NCBI RefSeq assembly: GCF_902652985.1
Contig: NC_047019.1
Location: 25,730,001 to 25,794,000, forward strand
DNA: 64,000 nucleotides
Source: Pecten maximus
Lineage: Eukaryota
Reading direction: 5' to 3'
Under the pieces are notes generated by a model. It was not told where the DNA came from. It saw only the letters and a list, made by a program, of their open reading frames with translations, and did not search any database. Shown one piece after another: positions 53,382 to 63,159 of the stretch (its first letter is position 1; the number at the start of each line of letters is the position of its first letter). The position numbers were made by a program, and so were the translations under genes.

Positions 53382-56300
53382 TTATACTCCTCCGTCAGTG
53401 TTAACTTCCGAATATATTACTCTGTCAGCGTCAGGTTTTGGTTTAGGCCTGACTGGAGGACGAGACTTGGGACGAGATGTATCATCTATCTCCGCGTACA
53501 CTAAACCTTCCTGGTTTTTATATCGAGAGGGCCGTCTATCCTCATCCGTTTGTGATTCATCGTTCCTGTCGTCTGACTGTTTCCCTGGCTTATTTACAAC
53601 GGCATATACGTCGCCAGAGGGAGCTGTCACTGCATGTCCTCGTGTTGAACTGTTTGAATGTTCTGTCTCAGAATTTTCATTTGTTGCTGGCTTCTGGACC
53701 TGCGCATACATATCGCCAGTCTCTGTGACAATATGGTTATTATCCGGAACGCGTGGTCCCGCCGATATGTAGAGAGAATTTTGAGTTAGTGTGTCTGAAC
53801 CTTCGTCATGATAAAATTTTGGTGTTGCGACAGCATAGGGTTGGATGTCCACAGAGAAATTTTCCTCGGGGTTCTTCGCATCTGAACGTTTTTTCCTATT
53901 AAGAATAAAGTATTAAGTACATGTATAAACAATTTCAAATCACCGATCCACGTTTAAATATTTACGTATCGTCAACGTCTTTGTCGTATTTTGAACTGTT
54001 GTGTTATCGTGTTCGTTTAAGTTCGTACGTGTTAGATTTCTAAACAGTTTATTATGAAGCACACTATACAATTGTATAATTATGGTAATAAGCTATGCAA
54101 TTATTTCATTTCATAATCATATCTGTAGATTACACTATATATATAGCACTGGGTTGTTCTGATTTTGATATCAATACATCTGTAACGTTACATCTGAAAT
54201 TATCTGCCTTATTATCCAGTAAGTAGACCAATGACTATACTATTAATACTACAATGCCGCTAAGGGCGATGCCTTTACATGTAATTATCTAATCATTGCT
54301 ACAATAACGATAATAAAGACGATGGATATTTACTTACTACTACAATGATAAGGACAATGACTACAATTATCTTATTGTTATTACATTGAAGATGATAACA
54401 ACAATAACTATACGTACATTTTTATTATTATAATGACGATGATAAAGACGATGACTTCACTTACCTCAGTACTATAACAATGACGATGATAAGGACTTGA
54501 CTGCATTTACCTTATTATTATTTCAATGAAAAAGATAAGGACGACGAATAGCATTAGAGCAATGACTACTTACCTAATTATTACTACAATGACGATGATA
54601 AGGACGATGAGTAAAACTGCACCACCGCCGGCTGCTCCAGCAATAATCTCCACTAAAACAGATACTAGTACAATACAAACACTGGCACCTCAACATACGG
54701 TACAGCATGCTCAACATATTGAAACAAACACGAGTGTTATTTACAAATACATTGTAGGCCTAGTTATCGCGTTCATGTATTTACTGAATCACAAAGGTTT
54801 CACTATTTGCGTGCACTAAGTAAGTTTGGACATTTTCTTAGCTGTCATGTTTACGTATATCGTAGCTTTAAATATAATTTAAGTAGGAACAGGACTATCA
54901 TGTGTGTTATGTGGAAATGTTTCTAAGATCCGTGTACCTATAAAAACAGATATCACTTACCTCCTATTGACGACTCCTTTAATTCTCCGTTGTTAACATC
55001 ACCATTACCTTTACCCAATGTACGATTGGTAATGGTCTGTATGGAACTGGAGCCGGTAGTGATCGACGTCGTCGTCGGTGTCGTCGTTGTTGCTGTTGTC
55101 GCCGTCTTTGTCGTCGTCACAGAAGTCGACGGAGAGCTGTCTGATCCGCGCGGTGCATCACAAGTTACATTTAAAGTAACATCTATCAAAGAATGGTTAC
55201 CGTGTTACGTGAAGTGTTAACGCAAGTGCGGGAAACAATGAAAATCTTATTAAGAATCAGTGTATAGTTCAGGTCGTATAATAGTATTTGTCACACTACA
55301 CTGAAGCTCAAGAGAAAATTGAATGTTTAGATGATTAGTTACCAAGTACGTAGATTACATAACCTCGAAACGATTGTCATTAAGCCTTGATCTGACAAAA
55401 TAAATGCGTTCTTGTTCACAATAAATATAATCTGACATGAGTAGCTCGGCTGGGTCATGTATGTGCGGCTAGTTCTTTTTGTTTTGATTTTGTTTTTTAT
55501 CAGCAAAAGCCGTATTGATAGATTAAAAGATGCATTATTTGATGTGAAACTTTTTATGCATATCTAGTTCTGTGTGGAACTGTGTGTCTTACCAAGAGGT
55601 ATTGCCTTACTATGTATACCCAAGTTTGAACAAATACGGTTAATAAATGATATGAAATTGAAACAGAATTACAACAGAAACTTGCATTACATATGGAATA
55701 TCGAAATATGGAGTATTTTAACATATCAAATAACTCAATATATACATTTATATTGCATGTGTATTTACTGGTAAAACTCGTTAAAACCTAATCTTACTGA
55801 TTGATGTTAGCTCTATATTATGTTATCCGAGGCGACGTGCGAAGGTCAACATATCACCAAAAGACGTCATACTACTATTATTAATTATTACTTACCTGAT
55901 TTAATGAAGATACAGTACCCGGATTGCCACGGGATGTTGTCATCTGATCTGGTTAACGCAATATTGTAAACCTCGTTGATTGTAAAGTTTGTGATGATGT
56001 CCCCACTAATTTGCTGACATTGATATTCTGTAAATGTATTTACAGGAAGCCTGGTAAATCTTAGTTTACTTTTACAATCAGACGCCGGCACTGTATCAGG
56101 ATAAGCATTGATGTCGAAGCGGACGGGAATCGTATGAGCCACAGTCAGTCTAACTGTACACTGACAACTGATGTGTCCTAACCCTCCTGTGTCGTACGTA
56201 TCAACCACCACACGGCCAGCAGTTAAAGTCCCACTCCTACACATCGGTACCACTGTAAGGTCAAATACATCTCATTAAAATGTACCAATATTGATAATAT

Positions 56301-57127
56301 GATGTTAAGTTAGGGTTTTAATGCTATAGCAGATTCACTTTTTTTATTCTAACGTGAATAAGAGAACAAGAACACAGTTGCAATGGATATTTTAGAGGAT
56401 TTTTTATATACGACCTTAGCTGAACACCATCATTATATTAAATTCTTAAGGTTGTTTACCTCCATCACATTTATCAACGGTATATCTTGATACATATTTG
56501 TTTAACAGTGAAAGGTATTGTAATGAAATCATACTCATGATTTTGCAATCAATTATTTATATATGAATTTGGGTGTTATTTATCAAATGTAAAGAAAATA
56601 TAGATCAGACCCAAATACAGTAAATATAAAGAGATCGTTGGGAGAGTATGATACCGTTTGTGAAGCCGTCCTGGTCAGCTTCTATCAGTGCATATTGTTG
56701 ATTTGATACCTGGAAATTGATGTATAGAAACAGTTTAGAGAAGTACTTGACTCTCTGAAAAGTAAGTATTTTGAAGTACATGTAGCATGTTCGATTAACA
56801 AAACTCTTTTGATTTAACATATCACTAGTACATATATATAACCAGAAAACAGGTCAATGACCCTGAAATTATACGTAACCCTACTGGTGTGGACCGTTAC
56901 AAACCCGTTCAATGTGTTATTACTTCCTGTATTGACTAATCTGAGCCTTCTGAAAAAAAAACATTGAGCACAAATTTACGATCTCAGTATGACGTTTCAT
57001 TTAAATACATTACATTTTCAGAATACTTCCTGTTTACAGAAGACCTACCATGATAATGGAAACAGACCAGTATCAATAGCAGCAGACCAATAGATGATGT
57101 CTTTACCTTGATGGCAATGCGACACAT
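53382..57127 (-). CDS. Receptor C: ITIM-bearing paralog of B, about 434 aa if one +1 frameshift in exon 2 is corrected (416 aa if exon 2 is skipped). Exons 57127-57049, 56709-56655, 56252-55896, 55182-54961, 54652-54574, 53895-53382
   Basis: Signal MCRIAIKVKTSSIGLLLLILVCFHYH; the domain exon aligns without gaps to B; TM EIIAGAAGGGAVLLIVLIIVIVVII; tail with DMYAQV, DVYAVVNKP, LVYAEI and VIYSEV. GT..AG introns with the same phases as A and B. Confidence 0.84.
54230..54610 (-). repeat. Degenerate tandem repeat of about 45 bp built from the 3' end of receptor C's TM exon plus its splice donor
   Basis: Minus strand repeats GTCCTTATCATCGTCATTGTAGTAATAATTAG|GTAAGT-like units, with extra AG|GTAA donors near 54510 and 54464. 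Confidence 0.8.
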
Positions 57128-58875
57128 ATCTACCGTAAGTACAAACCACTTCTGTCGTTTACGTCACTGTCTGAAAAATGTCGACATCAAAAACTTCACA
57201 GTATATATATAGTCTTAGACTTTGTTTACAAACCACAATCATACTCTAGTGTTAAGAGACTGTCTAAATATAGACGTCCAAACTGGTTATACGCCGGTAT
57301 TAAATACGTGAATATATAACCTGTTCAAAACCACTGGAGCGAGACGTCACCAACATTCGAGTTTTACACAAGGGAGACAACACGTATTTCAACAGCACGA
57401 CGGTGAGAGCTTCTATCATTTTATTTATCAATACAAATTACAGTGTACTTTTTATAACATTTTATTAAAATTCAGAAATGTTAATTGCATATTTACATAT
57501 TCGAATATACTCATTGAAATGCTCTAGTAAACAGTACAAATAGAAATTGATGACAAGGTATGTGCAAATTAAAATGTGCTTAATACCATTTTATTAAATC
57601 AGGAATACATTTACTATCTTTTGGGGGAAGCTTGAAATGTCACTCAAAGCTAAAATAGATTTGATAACTCATTTTAAACTTTATAACAGTTTGTACAATC
57701 AGTCTAACTGGTTCGAGATCTGATGGAACAGGACTTCCCTCTAACGGTCCCTACATTCGATGTAATAGTTAACAGCATTGATATAATAGCTTTAACCTTT
57801 TAACTAAGCTTTTACACAGTGATTATATAATTTGTTAAGGAAACGAGGTATATTGTTCTTTAAATATGATGAGTGTGCCAAGCTTTTGATTCCGGATAAT
57901 TGTATGTGAAAAGTTTGCCAACACTAGTGAGAATCATATCATTTTTATCGTTAAATTTAATCTGATAATGATAAGACTGGAGAGAATTGCAACTATCAGA
58001 CTTCATACACTCAGTAAGTACCAAACACTTCCAAAACTGCATTTTATACGTGTTCATGACAGAATCATGACTAACACTTTCAGTCTAGTCGACCTTTGGC
58101 ATTTGGTCCTCTTGTTCATAATACTCACATATTTTCTGACTTTTTTTATGTAAGTAGTTAATTTAAAGGTTTCAGCAACAGGATGGTCCAGACATACTAA
58201 CCTTATCTTTGTTCAATTCAGTACACTTTGGAATCATCACCTCCTATGAGAGAACCGCATAGAGACTGTCATCTACATTGTAACTCTTCACACAGAGATC
58301 ATGGGTTAATTTCTCACGTGCGTACTTCGGCCACACATCAAAGTCTATCGTGCAGATTTATCAACGGTTTTAGACCAAAACAAAACACTTTATATTACAG
58401 TTGTCTAGAAAATAGGATGTGAAAATTGACAATTTGCTGAAACCGGTTTACGTTTATCGAAGAATATACTGGTAATATTTCGTTCTGAAATAGATTTCAT
58501 TCACATCAACTAGGAATAGGTAAATTTGATTAGATCGATATAAAATACCTCTTTTTACATCGGAATGCCATCAAAGTTGAAATGTGTATTTGTGCTTTTT
58601 ACAACATTACAAGCGAAGTACATTAATGTGTTTCAGACATATATTTTATTTCTTTTTCTAAAACTCTCTCTGTAAATCAAAACCCTCTTTGTCAGTCGCT
58701 GCGGCGCTAACCTACCCATATTTAATGCTTTTTAGATAGATTCACAGTAACATATATAAACCCGGAAGTTAAAATACCACATATGTAAGCTTACATTAAA
58801 AGTGAACGTCAACAAGCGGAACAGTCAGTACACAAACTGTAAGTAAGAAACTTGTCTAATAACACACAGACAACG
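57128..58875. promoter_or_regulatory. 1.75-kb divergent (head-to-head) intergenic region between receptors C and D
   Basis: Near D: TATATAAA (58753-58760), ETS site CCGGAAGT (58762-58769) and ACCACA. Near C: TATATATA (about 57202-57211), TGTTTAC and RUNX-type AACCACA (57231-57237). Confidence 0.5.
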
Positions 58876-61800
58876 ATGTTGTGGAGTAGTGTTTGTGTCG
58901 CCATCACTCTGTACAAAGGTATGGTATTTGTTTTAATTCTTCACATACATACTTTATTGTATATAGCGACAACCTTGTTCAGCCTTGGCAGCTAGACTCT
59001 GTAGAACCATCTTGTTCTATAATTAGGGCACTGTATCTGATATGTTGACTATTGTTTCGCTATATCAAGAAATAATTTCAAAAACAAATTACTTTTTTAG
59101 AAATCATAGTTCTTCAGTTTTGAGGACGATGTTTGACCGAATCATCTTAGGGTTATGGTTCTTTATATTTTGTAAATTTATTAACTCGGTTGTCTCTTAC
59201 AAGATTATTTGTATTTGTTTAAATATTTTCCTTTTACCAGTGCTCGTATTGTCATCGTTAACATCTATATCAACAACAGACGCATGGACTACAACTACCG
59301 ACCAACGGACTACAACAACCGACCAATGGACAACAACTACCGACCAATGGACAACATCTACCGACATATGGACAACAACTACCGACCAATCAGCTACAAC
59401 TACTGACCAATCGACTACAACTACCGACCAATTATCCACAACAACGTTCATCACAACTACGACCCCACCTTCTAGAAACTCTTACACAAGCACCTCCATA
59501 ACTGCATCATCTGAAGCAGGCATAACAACTTCAACGGCGACTACAATGACATCTACAGACACCGAAAGAAGTACTGATACCAAAATCGTGACATCAACAT
59601 TCGGGCCCACTATATCCACGGAATCCACATCAGAGACAAGAACTACCGTTGAATCCACAACTGTGTGTCCAACAGACACATTTCCGTATGGTATGTATAC
59701 TATCTTATAACAAGAGATCGCAGAGGGATCTTGGCGCCAACCATTGAATGATCTTTATAGGTTCCATGTCAGATTGATCTTTTCTATACTTTTCCCTTCC
59801 TCTAAGTCTTACTAATCTGTGTAAATTCAGAAACAGCCCTCTAGTACTTTTCAAACAAAGGGAACCTATATAACAAATTTAAGATTTAGCGATAATGGCT
59901 GTATGTCGGCCATGTTGTTTTCAGATTGGTCCAAAAATGCAATATGCATAACTATGCACCGAGGGGAACCTACATATGAAATTTGAGAAAGATCCCTTCA
60001 ATACTTTCGGAGAAATAGCGATAACAAAACTTCAATTGTCAAAATCCAAGATGGCTGCCTGTCGGCCATGTTGTTTTTCTGATTGGTCTCAAAATGCAAT
60101 ATGCATAACAAGGCACCGAGGGGAACCTACATATGAAATTTGAGAAAGATCCCTTCAATACTTTCGGAATAATAGCGGTAACAAACTTCACTTGTCAAAA
60201 TCCAAGATGGCTGCCTGTCGGCCATGTTATTTCCTGACTGGTCTCAAAATGCAATATGCATAACTAGGCACCAAGAGGAACGTACATATGAAATTTGAGA
60301 AAGATCCCTTCAGTGCTTTCTGAGAAATAGCGATAACAAACTTCAATTGTCAAAATCCAAGATGGCTGCCTGTCGGCTATGTTGTTTTCCGATTGGTCTC
60401 AAAAATGCAATATGCATAACTAGGCACCGAGGGGAACCTACATATGAAATTTGAGAAAGATCCCTTCAATGCTTTCTGAGAAATAGCGATAACAAACTTC
60501 AATTGTCAAAATCCAAGATGGCTGCTTGTCGGCCATGTTGTTTTCCGATTGGTCTCAAAATGCAATATGCATAACAAGGGACCAAGAGGAACCTACATAT
60601 GAAATTTGAGAAAGATCCCTTCAGTGCTTTCTGAGAAATAGCGATAACAAACTTCAATTGTCAAAATCCAAGATGGCTACATGTCGGCCATGTTGTTTCC
60701 TGACCGGTCTCAAAATGCAATATGTATAACTAAGCACCAAGAGAAACCTACATATGAAATTTGAGAAAGATCCCTTCAGTGCTTTCTGAGAAATAGCGAT
60801 AACAAACTTCAATTATCAAAATCCAAGATGGCTGCCTGTCGGCCATGTTGTTTTTCGATCGGTCTCAAAAATCAATATGCATAACTAAGCACCAAGGGAA
60901 ACCTACATATGAAATTTGAGAAAGATCCCTTTAGTGCTTTCTGAGAAATAGCGATAACAAACTTCAGTTGTCAAAATCCAAGATGGCTGCCTGTCGGCCA
61001 ATTTGTTTTCCGATCGGTCTCAAAATGCAATATGCATAACTAGGCACCGAGGGAAACCTACATATGAAATTTGAGAAAGAATCCTTCAATGCTTTCTGAG
61101 AAATTAGCGATAACAAACTTCAATTGTCAAAATCCAAGATGGCTGCCTGTCGGCCATGTTGTTTTCTGATTGGTCTCAAAATGCAATATGCATAACAAGG
61201 CACCGAGGGAAATCTACATATGAAATTTGAGAAAGATCCCTTCAATACTTTCTGAGAAATAGCGATAACAAACTTCAATTGTCAAAATACAAGATGGCTT
61301 CCTGTCGGCCATGTTGTTTTCTGATTGGTCTCAAAATGCAATATGCATAACTAGGCACCAAGGGAAACCTACATATGAAATTTGAGAAAGATCCTTTCGG
61401 TGCTTTCTGAGAAAAAGCGATAACAAACTTCACTTGTCAAAATCCAAGATGGCTGCCTGTCGGCCATGTTGTATTTCGATCGGTCTCAAAATGCAATATG
61501 CATAACTAGGAACCAAGGGAAACCTATATATGAAATTTGAGAAAGATCCCTTCAGCACTTTCTGAGAAATAGCGATAACAAGAATTGTTTACGGACGGAG
61601 GGACGGACGGCCGGCCGGACGGACGGACGGACCACGGACCACGGACCACGGACGCAGGGCGATTTGAATAGCCCACCATCTGATGATGGTGGGCTAAAAA
61701 AGCACATATTGATTTTTTTAATACATAGATTCCAGGCCTATACGATGTATCACATTATTATGTTATCGCCTTTGATCTTTGTATAAACACATCTTATCTT

Positions 61801-63159
61801 AAAATTTTATTTTAAAATTTTGGGATAAAATTTTCAAAAAAAACCAGATAAATTTCCATAATAAGTATCATCAATCTACTATATAGTTATGGAGTGTAGA
61901 TATTTAGATAATAAAGAAACCAGAAAACTATATGGTTCTAGCTGACAGGAAAGCTTTGTTTACAATATATTCATATCAGCCATCAGTCTTACAGAAATGT
62001 ACATTTGCATGCAAACAACATATATTCATTCATACAACCTGAAGTTATATATCATAATTAGAAATATCTTCGTTACCACTATGATGTAGATCGTTCGTGA
62101 CATCATGTTGCTCAGTAAGGGATATTTTTACTCCTTCCGAGAATACTTTCTTTCGTACATTCGGGAGTTGCTTATACAGTCTGTCCATTTTACCAAAGAG
62201 TATATAAGGTAAAATACAATGTTTAATCTATCCTCGTTATTTCGAAACTAGTTGGGTCAGGCAATCGAGGTACTCGAATTATCAGAGCTCGAGATAGCGA
62301 AGTTTGACTGTAGTTCAATTGAAATACTATAGTAGAACAAAACATGACACGTTTTAGCTATATTACAGTCGCTGTTATCGTCCCTGTCGTGGTAACAATA
62401 CTGATCGTGCTGCTGGCTACAGGAGCTAACGTAATCCTCTACAGACGGTATGTATGACCTATATTATATATATATTATTTACAACTTTTCAATTCTTTTC
62501 AATAAAAAACTACCATTTTACAGAAAAATGGAAAGCAAATCCATGTCACCGTATCTGGGGCAAATAGAGCGTACTGTTAAATTAATAAACGGCTCCTAAA
62601 ATCCCTTATCATAGAAAATACTCCTTATTCACGGGAAAGATAACGGTTACATTATCTATAATTCATTTTGTTTTTCATACATTGATGTTTATCAAATTTA
62701 TTTCAAATATCAAACGAGACACAAGCGATTGCTCAGAACGTTAAACATCATTTTTGTTTTATAACTAAATGAAGGTTCAAAGAACGTCATTTTATCAATG
62801 AGCATGATACCCATGAGAGTTGTGACAGAGTACATACAACATACGAAAGCGCATCATGGAATATTTTAACATAACTCTTTTAAGAAGAGATTCACTTCAT
62901 CTAAGAATCCCATTGTCATTATTACCTTACCTTAACTTTAACGTTTTGTAGACGTCTTGCTCTGGCACAAAAACCGATGAACGCTTATGGCGTCGAGACA
63001 CCAACTCCTGCAACGTATGAAAGCCTTGGTGTCAACAGAGAAAAACCATCCGAGATGTACGATGTAGTTGGTAAAGACAATGCTAAAACACCTAGAATTT
63101 ATGAAAATATGAGCGCCACTACTGAGAACCAATCAGATATGTACACTGAGTTGACATAA
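58876..63159 (+). CDS. Receptor D: mucin-like type-I membrane protein, 259 aa, with a multi-tyrosine ITAM-like tail. Exons 58876-58918, 59241-59690, 62369-62447, 62952-63159
   Basis: GT..AG introns with phases 1,1,2; total 780 nt = 260 codons. Signal MLWSSVCVAITLYKVLVLSS; Thr-rich ectodomain; 79-nt TM exon VAVIVPVVVTILIVLLATGANVILY-RR; tail with YESL, YDVV, YENM and YTEL. Confidence 0.85.
59285..59435 (+). repeat. Coding 21-bp minisatellite (7 copies of TTTTDQW-like) in the receptor D ectodomain
   Basis: ACAACTACCGACCAATGGACA-like units in frame within exon 2. Confidence 0.9.
59708..61702. mobile_element. Satellite-bearing non-autonomous element (Helentron/pearl-like) with about 11 internal 155-bp repeats, in intron 2 of receptor D
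   Basis: Starts AACAAGAG; AAAATCCAAGATGG-type anchors recur every 155-156 bp (60041, 60197, 60352 ... 61439); then a (GGAC)n microsatellite, the terminal hairpin TAGCCCACCATC-tgat-GATGGTGGGCTA (61669-61696) and an A-run. Confidence 0.88.
62255..62312. mobile_element. Terminal fragment of a Tc1/pogo-like MITE
   Basis: ...CTCGAGATAGCGAAGTTTGACTG-TA is the reverse complement of a TA-CAGTCAAAC-type terminus; no partner end found. Confidence 0.4.

Noticed and set aside
59886-61582. Regular repeat arrays (also 16720-17242 and 36760-37730) as CRISPR-like
   Set aside because: Head-to-tail units without unique spacers, no cas genes, eukaryotic context.
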